64,000 nucleotides of DNA from Candidatus Obscuribacter sp. (lineage in GTDB: Bacteria; Cyanobacteriota; Vampirovibrionia; Obscuribacterales; Obscuribacteraceae): NCBI GenBank assembly GCA_016718315.1, contig JADKDV010000011.1:5337-69336 (forward strand), written 5' to 3'. Position 1 is the first letter of the stretch. Each line of letters opens with the position of its first letter. Under the pieces are notes generated by a model that had not been told where the DNA came from, did no database searches, and saw only the letters and a list, made by a program, of their open reading frames with translations. The translations under genes were made by a program, and so were the position numbers. Positions 48,950 to 59,400 of the stretch are shown piece after piece.

Positions 48950-49639
48950 ATGTTTAGCAATCGCACCAGTGCTGGTAAGTTATTAGCCCAGAGACTATCT
49001 CATCATCTCTCCCAAAGGACCCTGGCAAACGCTCTATTGGTAGTCGGTTTGCCGCGGGGTGGTGTGCCTGTGGCTGCGGAAGTAGCAAAAGTTTTGCAAT
49101 GTCCAATGGAACTCATTGTTTCCAAAAAACTGTCTTATCCATATAGACCTGAATACGCCCTTGGTGCGGTGTCATCTGATGGTGTTGTGGTTTTGAGTCC
49201 GGAGATACCTACCGATAGACGCTGGCAATCATATGTAGAGCACGAGCGTTTTATTTTGCTTGAACACACTCGCAGTACAGAGTTGCAGTATTTTGATTTG
49301 GCTGACTGCAAGCGCATTACCTTTAGAGGCAAGACAGTAATCCTGGTAGATGATGGTATCGCCACCGGTATGACTGCCATGGCTGCTGCTAAGTCTGCCC
49401 GAGAGCGCGGTGCTGCTCAGGTTATCCTGGCTGCCCCAGTGATTAGCATCGAGGCCATGGACTCATTGCGCAGTTATTGTGATGATATTGTGGCTCTGGA
49501 GGTACCCAGTGAATTTAAATCAGTAGGTGCGTTTTATGAAGACTTTAGTCAGACTACCAGTGCTGAGGTAATTAATTGTCTGCGCAGTCTATCGACCTCT
49601 ATGCCGCCGCCTAATACTAATGGCACAGTATGCCCTTAG
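48950..49639 (+). CDS. Phosphoribosyltransferase-family protein
   Basis: VVGLPRGGVPVAAEVA and the PRPP loop VILVDDGIATGMT are present. I prefer ATG 48950. Confidence 0.75.
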   Translation: MFSNRTSAGKLLAQRLSHHLSQRTLANALLVVGLPRGGVPVAAEVAKVLQCPMELIVSKKLSYPYRPEYALGAVSSDGVVVLSPEIPTDRRWQSYVEHERFILLEHTRSTELQYFDLADCKRITFRGKTVILVDDGIATGMTAMAAAKSARERGAAQVILAAPVISIEAMDSLRSYCDDIVALEVPSEFKSVGAFYEDFSQTTSAEVINCLRSLSTSMPPPNTNGTVCP

Positions 49640-50502
49640 CTTATGGACTGACAATTGAGTACAGCGGCACCATGGACTTTGCCTGAGCGCAGGTCATCGA
49701 GTGCTTGATTGGCATCGCTAAGTTTGTAGGAAGTCACTGTTGTCTTTATATCTATCTCTTGAGCTATAGCAAAAAACTCAGTGGCATCTTCTCTCGTTAA
49801 ATTGGCGACCGATCTTATGATGCGCTCTTGCCAGAGATCATCATAGGCAAATGACGGAATGTCGCTCATATGGATGCCACCACATACGATTGTGGCGCCT
49901 TTAGCTGATGCTTTGAGGGCGCTGACTACAAGCTCACCAGCAGGTGCAAATATCAGAGCGGCATCGAGGGGAGCAGGTGGTTTTTGACCAGAGTCACCGG
50001 CCCAAACTGCGCCCATTTGTCTGGCAAATTCCTGAGCTTTAATATCTCCTGGTCTGGTAAAGCCATAGACTTGCCAGCCCTGATGCAATGCTATCTGGAT
50101 GGTGATATGAGCCGCCGCGCCAAAACCGTAAATGCCAAGGTGCTTGCCTTTGCCTGCTAATTTGAGGGTGCGCCAGCCGATTAGCCCAGCGCAGAGCATG
50201 GGAGCGGCGTGCTCATCATTTACCGTGTCGGGCAATTTAAAGCAAAACTGAGCACTGGCAACACACTCGGTGGCATAGCCGCCATCGCGTGTGTAGCCTG
50301 TAAAGATGGCATTGTCGCAGAGGTTTTCGCGGTGAGTAGTGCAAAACTGGCATTGACCACAGGTCTCAGCCAGCCATGGTATACCGACTCTATCGCCTAC
50401 TTTGTGACTTGTGACGTCTGGGGCGGTAGCTTTGACTCTGCCCACTATCTCGTGACCAGGGATGAGATTAGCTTTGGGCGAGGTCAGCTCGCCATCGACC
50501 AT
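49636..50502 (-). CDS. Zinc-dependent alcohol dehydrogenase; N-terminal ~42 codons in another frame (frameshifted)
   Basis: PGHEIVG, GxGxxG (GIYGFGAAAH) and the C-terminal ADH fold are present. Upstream, ATG 50629 opens MQAMVFEQPHKPL...EITYCGVCRTDLH in a different frame. The junction lies at CATG 50501-50504. Confidence 0.8.
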   Translation of the reverse strand: MVDGELTSPKANLIPGHEIVGRVKATAPDVTSHKVGDRVGIPWLAETCGQCQFCTTHRENLCDNAIFTGYTRDGGYATECVASAQFCFKLPDTVNDEHAAPMLCAGLIGWRTLKLAGKGKHLGIYGFGAAAHITIQIALHQGWQVYGFTRPGDIKAQEFARQMGAVWAGDSGQKPPAPLDAALIFAPAGELVVSALKASAKGATIVCGGIHMSDIPSFAYDDLWQERIIRSVANLTREDATEFFAIAQEIDIKTTVTSYKLSDANQALDDLRSGKVHGAAVLNCQSIS

Positions 50503-50859
50503 GTAAGTCCGTACGACAGACCCCGCAGTACGTTATCTCCACCAGTACCTGCCCGTGATTGAGCGTGGGGGCTGATAGTGTCCGGAGTGTCAGTGGTTTA
50601 TGAGGTTGTTCAAATACCATGGCTTGCATGAGGACATTTTAGTTTAATGAGTCCATTGACAACCGTGATTGTTATGACTGTTTGGCTTTATCTGGCAGTT
50701 AGCTGGCGGGCGGCGTGGTTGGGGGTCGGTTTGTTTGTGGGTTTGTTGGTGGGCGTGCTGGCTGTTTTGTTGGCGGGCTCGCCGATTGGTGGACTGGCTA
50801 TGCTATCGTAAAAATGTTATTGTCGAGCTTAGCTATTGCCTCTGGTGTTGGAGCCAAAA

Positions 50860-51693
50860 ATGAATTCAAATACTTGTTTAGTTGCCCTTACCCTTTGTGT
50901 CGTCAGTTGTGGTGCTGTTAGCGCTGGCAATTTGCAAGACAGGATAGTCAAAGAAGTAGTAAAAGCCAAGACCAAAGGCTATGTCAATCAAGTACAGTCT
51001 AAGCTCGGTATTAAGCCTTCAACTCAAACGAGCACTACAGGTAGTACCGCTACCAATTTGATCAATCAAGTTAAGGCTCAGCTCGGCAATAAGACTGCAA
51101 CACCGCTAGCCAATCCGCCGGTGCCAGGTAGCACCACGCTGACTAAGACAATCATCAACAAAGTCGAGACTCATTTTGGTATCAACTCCGCGGCTACTGG
51201 CACCGCCGCTGGAGCTGTGCCAGGGGTGCCTGTGACCACCACAACCACTACGACCAATACTGTCATCGACAAAATTGAGTCACGTCTGGGTATTAATTTG
51301 CCCGGAGGGACCAATGCTACAACTACTTCTACATTGCCCGGCACCACATTGCCTGGCGCCGTATTGCCCGGTACCAGTCTGCCTGGTGTGACATTGCCTA
51401 CCTCGACTAAGTCTGCTGCCACTAACGCTATCATCGACAAAGTTGAGTCTCGCCTTGGTATCAATCTACCTGGTGGTAGCAATGCCGCTACTACTTCGCC
51501 TGTCACCACCCTGCCTGGTACTACAGCAACCACCACAACGACAACCACAACTACCACCAACGCCATTATTGACAAAGTTGAGTCACGTCTCGGTATCAAT
51601 TTGCCTGGTGGTACCAATGGCTCGACAACTGGCACAAACACTTCCACAGCCGATTTGCTCAAGCAAGTAGGGTCCAAGCTCGGTATTAAGTAG
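50860..51693 (+). CDS. Secreted Thr-rich repeat protein
   Basis: ATG 50860 follows GGAG, and a signal peptide is present. There are seven copies of an I(I/N)xKVxS(R/K)LGI(N/K) motif, three of them as IIDKVESRLGINLPGG, separated by poly-Thr linkers. Confidence 0.6.
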   Translation: MNSNTCLVALTLCVVSCGAVSAGNLQDRIVKEVVKAKTKGYVNQVQSKLGIKPSTQTSTTGSTATNLINQVKAQLGNKTATPLANPPVPGSTTLTKTIINKVETHFGINSAATGTAAGAVPGVPVTTTTTTTNTVIDKIESRLGINLPGGTNATTTSTLPGTTLPGAVLPGTSLPGVTLPTSTKSAATNAIIDKVESRLGINLPGGSNAATTSPVTTLPGTTATTTTTTTTTTNAIIDKVESRLGINLPGGTNGSTTGTNTSTADLLKQVGSKLGIK

Positions 51694-51755
51694 TAATTGG
51701 CTTACCTACTCTCTATAGGCCACTTGCTATACTGATTGCCAAGACAAGGCAATAA

Positions 51756-53969
51756 ATGAAACCAGGCCAACAACCTAAGCCCCCTTCATCCTTACCGCCG
51801 GGCGAGACTCTTAGCGGGGCGGTGGAGCGCGTCACTTTTCATAGTGAGGATAGCGGCTTTTGTGTGCTCAAGGTCAAAGTGCGCGGTCAAAAGGACCTGG
51901 TCACAGTCACCGGCAGTGCTGCCTCCATATCTCCTGGTGAATTTGTAGAGTGTCATGGTAATTGGCTCAATGACAAAAACTATGGATTGCAGTTTAAGTC
52001 GTTTAAATTGTCTGTAGTGCAGCCAAGCACGCTAGAGGGCATGGAAAAGTATCTGGGCTCAGGCATGATCAAGGGCGTTGGACCACACTTTGCCAAGACT
52101 CTGATAAAGGCCTTTGGCGATCAGGTCTTTGAAGTAATTGAGAACAATCCAGAGCGTCTGACCAGTTTGCCCGGTATAGGCACCAAGCGCAAAAATCAAG
52201 TGGTCGAATCTTGGAAAGAGCAAAAGGCCATTCGCGAGATCATGGTCTTTCTCCAGTCTTATGGTGTGGGGACATCGCGGGCGGTGCGCATCTACAAAAC
52301 CTACGGTAACGATGCAATCGCACTGGTCTCAGCCAATCCATATCGTCTTGCTCTCGATATACATGGTATCGGGTTTAAGACAGCCGATACCATCGCCCTC
52401 AATCTCGGCATCCCTCGAGACTCGTTGATACGAGCGCAAGCTGGAGTCCGGCACACACTGCAAGAGATGTCTGGAGAAGGTCACTGTGCCTGTGAGCGCG
52501 ACAATCTTATCACTGCCGCCAGTGAGCTTTTAGAAATACCTGAGACTCTGGCTGGCACCGCCCTTGATGCAGAGGTACTGGCCGGTAATCTCATCTGTGA
52601 GCAAATCGAGGGACGCAATCTCTTTTATCTAACTGCTATGCAAAGAGCTGAGATTAGCGCCTCTGAGAGTTTGTACCGTCTATCATGCGGACTTGCTCCT
52701 TGGGCAGCAGTGGAGATAGACAAGGCTATCCCCTGGGTTGAAGAACAGGCAAAAATTACTTTGTCTGAGTCGCAAAAGGTAGCAGTAGAGCTGGCACTGC
52801 AAAACAAACTACTGGTGATAACTGGTGGACCCGGTGTTGGTAAGACCACACTGGTCAATAGTATCTTGCGTATAATCGGCGCCAAACAAGCCGATATCTT
52901 GCTTTGTGCTCCCACTGGTCGCGCTGCCAAAAGACTCTCAGAGTCTACCGGTATGACAGCAAAGACTATACACCGGCTGCTTGAGTTTGATCCCAAATTT
53001 GGTGGCTTTAAACGCGACCAAAATAATCAGCTCGAGGCAGATCTAGTAGTCGTAGATGAAGCATCGATGATAGATCTGGTCTTGATGCATCAACTGCTCA
53101 GGGCCATACCAGATAAAGCGGCGCTGCTACTGGTGGGAGACGTCGACCAGTTACCATCGGTGGGACCAGGTGCAGTGCTATCCGATATTATCAACTCAGC
53201 GGCTGTACCTGTAGTCAGGTTGACAGAGATCTTTAGACAGGCTGCCACCTCCAAGATTATTGTCAATGCACACCGCGTCAATCAAGGCGAGCCGCCCTTG
53301 CCTGCTACCAAACAAGAGGAGCTGGAAGACTTTTATTTTATCTCTGCTCAAAACCCAGAAGATATCGCTGATAAATTGTTGCAAGTAGTCTGTGAGCGCA
53401 TCCCCCAGCGATTTAACCTCGACCCTATTCGTGATGTGCAAGTGCTCACACCTATGCACCGCGGCAATCTGGGCAGCCGGTCGCTCAATATTGAGCTACA
53501 AAAACGGCTCAACAAAGCCGGTGGTGCACAGGTTACTAAATTTGGCTGGAGTTATGGTGCCACCGACAAAGTCTTGCAAGTGGTCAACAATTACGACAAA
53601 GAAGTCTTTAACGGAGATATAGGCACCATAACTAGTATCGACACAGAAGAGTCAGAGCTGGTTATAAACTTTGATGGTCGCGAAGTAAAATATGACTTTA
53701 ATGAGCTAGATGAGATCACGCTTGCTTATGCTGCCTCTATTCACAAGTCTCAGGGCTCCGAGTACCCGGCAGTGGTGATACCACTATCGATGCAGCACTT
53801 TATGATGCTAGAACGCAATTTGCTCTACACCGGTATTACTCGCGGTAAAAAGCTCGTAGTTTTAATTGGTCAGCCTAAGGCTCTTGCTCTGGCTGTAAAA
53901 AACAAAAGGTCGGCCAGTCGAGTGACAGCACTGAGCTATCGTGTAAAGACTAGCTTTGGCAAAAATTGA
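51756..53969 (+). CDS. recD2: RecD2-type SF1 helicase (RecD/TraA family)
   Basis: [11 protein letters not shown] (Walker A), [24 protein letters not shown] and [18 protein letters not shown] are present, with N-terminal HhH-like modules. Confidence 0.9.
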   Translation: MKPGQQPKPPSSLPPGETLSGAVERVTFHSEDSGFCVLKVKVRGQKDLVTVTGSAASISPGEFVECHGNWLNDKNYGLQFKSFKLSVVQPSTLEGMEKYLGSGMIKGVGPHFAKTLIKAFGDQVFEVIENNPERLTSLPGIGTKRKNQVVESWKEQKAIREIMVFLQSYGVGTSRAVRIYKTYGNDAIALVSANPYRLALDIHGIGFKTADTIALNLGIPRDSLIRAQAGVRHTLQEMSGEGHCACERDNLITAASELLEIPETLAGTALDAEVLAGNLICEQIEGRNLFYLTAMQRAEISASESLYRLSCGLAPWAAVEIDKAIPWVEEQAKITLSESQKVAVELALQNKLLVITGGPGVGKTTLVNSILRIIGAKQADILLCAPTGRAAKRLSESTGMTAKTIHRLLEFDPKFGGFKRDQNNQLEADLVVVDEASMIDLVLMHQLLRAIPDKAALLLVGDVDQLPSVGPGAVLSDIINSAAVPVVRLTEIFRQAATSKIIVNAHRVNQGEPPLPATKQEELEDFYFISAQNPEDIADKLLQVVCERIPQRFNLDPIRDVQVLTPMHRGNLGSRSLNIELQKRLNKAGGAQVTKFGWSYGATDKVLQVVNNYDKEVFNGDIGTITSIDTEESELVINFDGREVKYDFNELDEITLAYAASIHKSQGSEYPAVVIPLSMQHFMMLERNLLYTGITRGKKLVVLIGQPKALALAVKNKRSASRVTALSYRVKTSFGKN

Positions 53970-54002
53970 GAACCGGGAGAATCTGGATTGTGGTAGCGAG
54001 AG

Positions 54003-54097
54003 ATCAGTGAAAGGCTAGCTTTGGCAATAAGAGATCAGGGAAAGGCTAGATCGGGGAAACGGTAGATCAGGGAAAGGCTAGATCAGGGTAAAACCTA
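54003..54097. repeat. 16-bp tandem repeat ATCAGGGAAAGGCTAG (4 adjacent units plus 1 nearby copy), intergenic
   Basis: Units lie at 54034-54049, 54050-54065, 54066-54081 and 54082-97 (degenerate). An isolated copy lies at 54003-54018. Confidence 0.8.
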
Positions 54098-54132
54098 TTA
54101 ACCCAGAATGGTCCATTTATTAAGGTGGTTGT

Positions 54133-54924
54133 ATGGGGAATGGCGGTGGCAAAATGGATAAATTGAAGGCTCAGTTTATGGCTCAATCTAGGGCGCAGTT
54201 TATTGCTCAATCTAAGGCTATCCTTAGTTTGTCGTTGCTGATTAGTACGGCAATTTGCCCCTGTACTGTTAGCTTTGCTAGCTCCGGGGGGTCTGCTATG
54301 TCCGAGTTTGCTAGCGCTGCCGATAAGCGCGCTGCCACCTCTATGGGTGAGAGTATTGCCGCCAGTAACTTGATCACAATAGGTCAAATGGACGAGCATT
54401 TTGCCCTCAAAGTCACAGAAGTGCTCAAGGGCGACAAAACTCAAGTTGGCAAAACCCTCAGTATAGGTCCGCGCCGCAGCTGCGATGCCTATCCGACAAA
54501 GGGTAATCCAGTGGCGGTGTTTTGGGGCAAAGATGGTGCGACTACTAGCATTGTGGATACATTATCTGGTGACCAAAACCTTGCTGCATTGCGCTGCCTC
54601 GTCAAAGTCTATGCGATAGGAGACGAGCATGCTCGCTTTACCAAATTAAGCGGATTGTTTGTCGACCCATCTAACGGCTGTCCTGAGGCAAAGCATCTGG
54701 ACCTTGCCAGTATTTTTAAGAGAGAATTTTATGGCGCTTTGCCCACCATGCGCGATCCCAAAACTTTTGAGATAGTCAAAAATCTCTATCCTAAGGTCGC
54801 ACCTGACGAGCAGCTCAAGCTCTTAACCTGGATGGCTGATACAAGGGATGCGCGCGCGGTACCTTTACTCCTCGATGCTCTGCAATCAAAAGACAAGTTT
54901 ATTAAGAGCGAAGCGCAAAAATAA
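54133..54924 (+). CDS. HEAT/ARM-like repeat protein, upstream part of a frameshifted gene
   Basis: A signal or lipoprotein-like N-terminus is present. The ORF ends at TAA 54922, directly after an A5 run (54917-54921). The sequence continues in the frame of the next ORF. Confidence 0.5.
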   Translation: MGNGGGKMDKLKAQFMAQSRAQFIAQSKAILSLSLLISTAICPCTVSFASSGGSAMSEFASAADKRAATSMGESIAASNLITIGQMDEHFALKVTEVLKGDKTQVGKTLSIGPRRSCDAYPTKGNPVAVFWGKDGATTSIVDTLSGDQNLAALRCLVKVYAIGDEHARFTKLSGLFVDPSNGCPEAKHLDLASIFKREFYGALPTMRDPKTFEIVKNLYPKVAPDEQLKLLTWMADTRDARAVPLLLDALQSKDKFIKSEAQK

Positions 54925-56152
54925 GCTGAGCTACAGCTGGAGCAAACGTCCTGAGGTCAAAGCTGCTTTGCAAAAGCTTCATGCTGCTGGTGCTGCTTCC
55001 GGTTCTTCAACCGGTTCTTCAACCGGTTCTGCAACCAGTTCTTCTAATAGTTCTGCCGCCAGCACTCAGACTGCTTTTCAAAAGGCCGAGACCTTTAGTA
55101 AGGCGGGGCAAACTGCTGCCGCGCGGGAGCAATATTTTGCCGCACTGGAGCATGCAAATGCCGGGGAGTCTAAAGATGTGACAGCTTACACTCAGCGTGC
55201 AGCAGCGCAAAAGCTTTTGGTAGCAGCCTCAGCTCAGGACAAAAAACGAATTTGGCAGGCTATAGCACCCCAAATTTATAAAGATGCTAAATCAGGTAAT
55301 TATCTGGAGTCTGCAGAGTCTGCTGAGATCATGCTCAAATTGCGCGACCCTGCTTGTCTGGACGATCTCATATTGCTATTGGATAGACGCGATGTGATGC
55401 AAGCAAAAGCCAATCGTTTAGCCACCATGGCTGTGATTGATCTAGGTCCTGCCGCGCGGGCAAAAGTAGCGCAGCATTTATTGAGTCTGGTCCAGAGTGG
55501 TGGCGCTCTGGTCAAAGATCAAGAGTCCAGGACTACCACTTTAGTGGAGCTGGTGTTTATTGGCACTGAGGCGGACTCTAAGCGTTGTACTGAGCTTGTG
55601 GCTAGCAAGCCGGACTTTAAATTTATTTGGGACAAGCTCGCAAAATTACAGGGCATCAGTGATGAAAAGGAGCAGTGTCAGTATCTGAGTAATTTGATGC
55701 AGTCAAAGTCCGAGGTACTGCCCGATGTGCTGCCCTGGGTAGCGGAGCGACTTGGCCGCATTGGGGATGGAGCGGCGTCGAGCGTGCTTGTTGCAGCTCT
55801 GGGTAGTGTCAACTACCATCTATCAGATTGCGCCGCTAGTGCCCTTATTAGTCTGGGTCGCAAGTGCAGTAAGGATAAACTTGTAGCAGCAGCACTGATT
55901 GATGGTGATAACCGGGCCCGGTCTATCGATGTTCTTTGCACTATATATGGTGCAGAGGCACTACCAACGATCAGAAAGATTGCAAAGGATCCAAAAGCTA
56001 AATACAAAGCCAGTGCCTTTATCTGGCTGGGGCGCCTGGGCAACAAAGATGACCTCACCTATCTCATACCGATGAGCGACTACTGGCAGGGCGACCGTCT
56101 CAATCACTACTGGGTAACAATGGCCTTGGATGACATTGAGTCAAGACGTTAA
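54848..56152 (+). CDS. HEAT/ARM-like repeat protein, downstream part of a frameshifted gene
   Basis: Removing one A from the A5 run gives ...FIKSEAQNKLSYSWSKRPEVKAAL... GSST repeats are present. The remainder is helical repeats (ALGSV...AASALISLG). Confidence 0.5.
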   Translation: MRARYLYSSMLCNQKTSLLRAKRKNKLSYSWSKRPEVKAALQKLHAAGAASGSSTGSSTGSATSSSNSSAASTQTAFQKAETFSKAGQTAAAREQYFAALEHANAGESKDVTAYTQRAAAQKLLVAASAQDKKRIWQAIAPQIYKDAKSGNYLESAESAEIMLKLRDPACLDDLILLLDRRDVMQAKANRLATMAVIDLGPAARAKVAQHLLSLVQSGGALVKDQESRTTTLVELVFIGTEADSKRCTELVASKPDFKFIWDKLAKLQGISDEKEQCQYLSNLMQSKSEVLPDVLPWVAERLGRIGDGAASSVLVAALGSVNYHLSDCAASALISLGRKCSKDKLVAAALIDGDNRARSIDVLCTIYGAEALPTIRKIAKDPKAKYKASAFIWLGRLGNKDDLTYLIPMSDYWQGDRLNHYWVTMALDDIESRR

Positions 56153-56249
56153 TTGGGTAAGAAGTCTTTGGTTTTAAGAGTGTTTTAAATGCTTTAAACG
56201 AGCACGGACCAGAGTCGTTTAGTCAGTATTTCGGTTTTCTCCCAAGTCT

Positions 56250-57056
56250 TTATGGAAACTCAATATCTCCGTTTTCGATTTCATCAAGCCAGTCATTAAT
56301 TTCTTTTGCTTGCCTGAGCCTCAATGCCTTTTCCTCCAACTCGTCCACACCGTCATCCCCACTCGGTGAGCTGGGAGGCAAGGGCTTGAATACAACAATC
56401 CTTTTGACTGGCCTGATCATCAGCTGCTCAAGTACATGAGTCGGAGTTGGTGGCAAAAGCCGAATTAACCAATCAGGCAACAATTTCTTGAGTGACGGTA
56501 CTTTTGCTACTTCTCTCGGGGGCAATTTTCGCCATGCTGTTATTACATCATTGCTACACGTTACTCCATTTCCTAAGAGCCAGAGATCACGAAGCGCTCG
56601 TCCGGCAAGGCTTTCGCCTAGACCCTTGATACGCATTGCAACACTCTTACAATTTATACGAGTGCGATCCTGATGATTTAGAAACGAGCTTGTTCTACCA
56701 TCTGACACCAATGTGACATCAGATGGCTTAAGTTTCTCCCTTCCCGTATCATTCAATCTTTCGATGCAATTTCGACTAACAGCTGTTGCTACTGTGGCGA
56801 TTTTGCGACCAAATGCTCTTCGCTTTATGGCAGCCAGTTGCCTATCAGAGACCTTTCGATTGGATGGAGCAAAAAATCTAAAGACACCACGAGCTAAGCG
56901 TTCGAGAGTTCCACCCTTTACTAGTCTCGACAAAGCGCTATCAATCGTTGTGCGCGGAGCAAACGGAATCAAATCGCGACTTGTAAAAATGTATCCCTTG
57001 GGTAGCCCGTTGAGAAACCTTAAAAATGGTGAAGGGCGTCGTGCTCTGGCTGGCAT
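56250..57056 (-). CDS. Hypothetical protein with an AbiEi/DUF6088-like N-terminal wHTH
   Basis: GYIFTSRDLIPFAPRTTIDSALSRLVKGGTLERLARGVFRF resembles the AbiEi-type antitoxin N-terminal domain. No partner toxin gene is adjacent. Confidence 0.4.
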   Translation of the reverse strand: MPARARRPSPFLRFLNGLPKGYIFTSRDLIPFAPRTTIDSALSRLVKGGTLERLARGVFRFFAPSNRKVSDRQLAAIKRRAFGRKIATVATAVSRNCIERLNDTGREKLKPSDVTLVSDGRTSSFLNHQDRTRINCKSVAMRIKGLGESLAGRALRDLWLLGNGVTCSNDVITAWRKLPPREVAKVPSLKKLLPDWLIRLLPPTPTHVLEQLMIRPVKRIVVFKPLPPSSPSGDDGVDELEEKALRLRQAKEINDWLDEIENGDIEFP

Positions 57057-57297
57057 AGCCTACCTCCTTTATGGGGATTATTGCGAGAAATACAGCTGTT
57101 TTTCTCGCAATAACCACTGCGATATAAGAGGTACTACGACGGGCGCCGCCAAAAAGTTCAAAAATTGAAAATTTCAACTCTGCGTTAAAAGCAAAGAGTT
57201 CTGAAAGCTCTCAGTCCCCCTTTGCAATCAATGAAAAACGCACCCAATTATTTACGCGTTGGACAGTTCTTTCGAATCCTTATCACACCACCCGATT

Positions 57298-58317
57298 TTA
57301 CTTTCTCTCAACGCTTGCTGCCTTACCCAGATAGCTAGTCATGCCGTTTGAGTCTAGCCATTGTTTTGCCTGAGCGTCGCCTTTGAGAGTGGCATCGAGA
57401 AATTTAGTCGTGATTTCATCGACCATTTGTTGTGTCTGTTGGTCGCCTTGATTGCTGGGTCGATAGAGTCTGCCGCCAAACACACCGTGATCAGCGCCTT
57501 CAAAATTGATGAGGTATTGATTGGGCGCTTTCATACCGTCAAATGGGATACGTCTGTCTTCGGCTTTGGTCTCTGCTATGGCGCTGACATCTTTGGTACC
57601 AGTGATTAGCATCCCAGGTATGTCGATTTTGCCGTATGTTTTGTCTGGTGCTATTTTGCCACCCATGACTGGTGGACACAGATAGATAGCGGCTTTGACT
57701 CGGCTGTCTTTACCCTTTTGCCCAGAAGGAAAGTTTTGACCGGCAATAGCAAGCGATGTGCCGGCACCAAATGAATGACCTGAGACAGCTATTTTGCTCA
57801 AGTCCATTTTGCTTTTGAGCAATGGATCTGATTGATTGCGCCTTGCCATTTCATCTATGACAAATTTGATGTCGCCCGCGCGGTCAATTAAGTTTTGACC
57901 GTTAGCTGCTGCTTTCATCTTTTGCATCATCACAGCTTTGCCCTCGGTGATGGACGAACGCCATACGCCAGTGTCGCTGCCAGCATGCTGCACGGCTATA
58001 CAGATATAGCCCTTTTGGGACCAGAATTTGCCGAGATAGGGGGCTGCATCGCGACTCCCGCCCAGTCCATGCGAAAAAATCACCACAGGAAAGGGACCGC
58101 TGCCCTCTTTGGGGATGTACAGCCGCACTGGTATATCGCGGTTGCGTGCCTGGTCATGCCAGTCTTCATATACCGCTCCAGCATTTGCTTTGCCCATGGC
58201 GCCCTGGCGACCGAGTAGCTGAGCAAAGGCACCCCTTTCGGCACGGGCGTGATTGATAGTGAGCCCCATGGTAGTGGCCAGTAGCAAGCAGGCGGTAAAG
58301 GTAGTAATTTTGTGCAT
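57298..58317 (-). CDS. Secreted alpha/beta hydrolase (PAF-acetylhydrolase/lipase-like)
   Basis: I prefer ATG 58317 (MHKITTF..., a signal peptide). VVIFSHGLGGSRD and the nucleophile elbow SGHSFGAG are present. Confidence 0.6.
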   Translation of the reverse strand: MHKITTFTACLLLATTMGLTINHARAERGAFAQLLGRQGAMGKANAGAVYEDWHDQARNRDIPVRLYIPKEGSGPFPVVIFSHGLGGSRDAAPYLGKFWSQKGYICIAVQHAGSDTGVWRSSITEGKAVMMQKMKAAANGQNLIDRAGDIKFVIDEMARRNQSDPLLKSKMDLSKIAVSGHSFGAGTSLAIAGQNFPSGQKGKDSRVKAAIYLCPPVMGGKIAPDKTYGKIDIPGMLITGTKDVSAIAETKAEDRRIPFDGMKAPNQYLINFEGADHGVFGGRLYRPSNQGDQQTQQMVDEITTKFLDATLKGDAQAKQWLDSNGMTSYLGKAASVERK

Positions 58318-58618
58318 ATGTACCTCGGGTCTCAGGTGATGCTGGACTATACGAGTACTAACCCAAAATGTTTCACTGGTAATCGCAAAAAACTTGATGA
58401 CCGAAGCTAAAAGCAACCAAGACTACATTGCACGAGAAAAGCGCTTGACCTCGTTGAAGATCATATTTGTTTGCTTTCCCATTTGGGGGATATTTGCCTA
58501 TTTAGCCATATTTAGGTGAGGTCAGTTTTGCCCCCATCTCGCCCTCCCATTTGCCAGCCTGTGGCACTTGGTCCACTTTTTGCTGGTACCGGGTATATAG
58601 TTTGCGGAGCCAATTCAT

Positions 58619-59326
58619 ATGAACATGAAAAACAACGAAGCCGAACCGCACATTAAACCCCGGGACGCCCATGCGGCTGGGGCTGATAATGATGCGCAAA
58701 ATAGCTGGCAAAGCGAGTTGTTTAAGCCTCCAGCGAGTGCTGCCGAGCGCCGTGAAATGTTGAAGCTGGCTCAAGATGCATCTGGGGCTGGTAAGCAGTC
58801 TGAGGCGCTGGATTTTACTGCCGACCACCTCAAACGCGTGGTTGAGCACTCGATAGGTCATACCAATCTGGGCACAAAGGTGCCGGATGACGCTGCCAAT
58901 TTGCCTGGTTTTAAGGTTGATAAGCGCGTCAAATGTGCCACTACTAGCAGCCAGTGGCTGGTCGAGATGGGACTTATGTCCAACAAAGAGTTCCAGCTCA
59001 AGGTCAATGACTTTGTTGATCTCTTGCCTGGCAAGGGCTTTCATAAGCAAGAGTTACACGGCAAGCTTGACCCTAAGCAGTTTCCCGAAGGACCAATCGG
59101 CTTTATTGTCGGTCAGGGGCTGGGTCATGATGGCTCAAATCATATTGCTTACGCTGAGCGTCGGGGCGATACCATCCGTATTGTGCACAATGACTGGGCC
59201 ACTGGCAAAGTCGTCGATCAAAAGGTCCAGGATGTATTTTATGACAAAGCTGGTCAGCCGCGTTTTGACGATCTTACGTTATTTGTATTGCCGCGCCAAC
59301 AGACAAATTATGCCAGACGCGGTTAG
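58619..59326 (+). CDS. Hypothetical protein with a CHAP/NlpC-P60-like Cys-His signature; no signal peptide
   Basis: KCATTSSQWL is a candidate nucleophile. GSNHIAYAERRGDTIRIVHNDW fits the CHAP pattern GHVA.VE...G.I.V.E.N. The N-terminus is polar. Confidence 0.5.
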   Translation: MNMKNNEAEPHIKPRDAHAAGADNDAQNSWQSELFKPPASAAERREMLKLAQDASGAGKQSEALDFTADHLKRVVEHSIGHTNLGTKVPDDAANLPGFKVDKRVKCATTSSQWLVEMGLMSNKEFQLKVNDFVDLLPGKGFHKQELHGKLDPKQFPEGPIGFIVGQGLGHDGSNHIAYAERRGDTIRIVHNDWATGKVVDQKVQDVFYDKAGQPRFDDLTLFVLPRQQTNYARRG

Positions 59327-59400
59327 CGCACAGATGAAAGTCACAGATAGTGCACAGCAGATTGTCACCTCAGTCTCTGCCACCAATAGCGGTGTCTAGT

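Noticed and set aside
50700-50800. A G/T-rich, strand-asymmetric tract (ggcgggcggcgtggttgggggtcggtttgtttgtgggtttgttggtgggcg...) in the divergent spacer between the ADH gene and the secreted repeat-protein gene. The ORF 50715-50921 lies there.
   Set aside because: The G runs are too short and irregular for a confident G-quadruplex call. The ORF translation (GGRFVCGFVGGRAG...) looks like a compositional artefact. I can assign no function.
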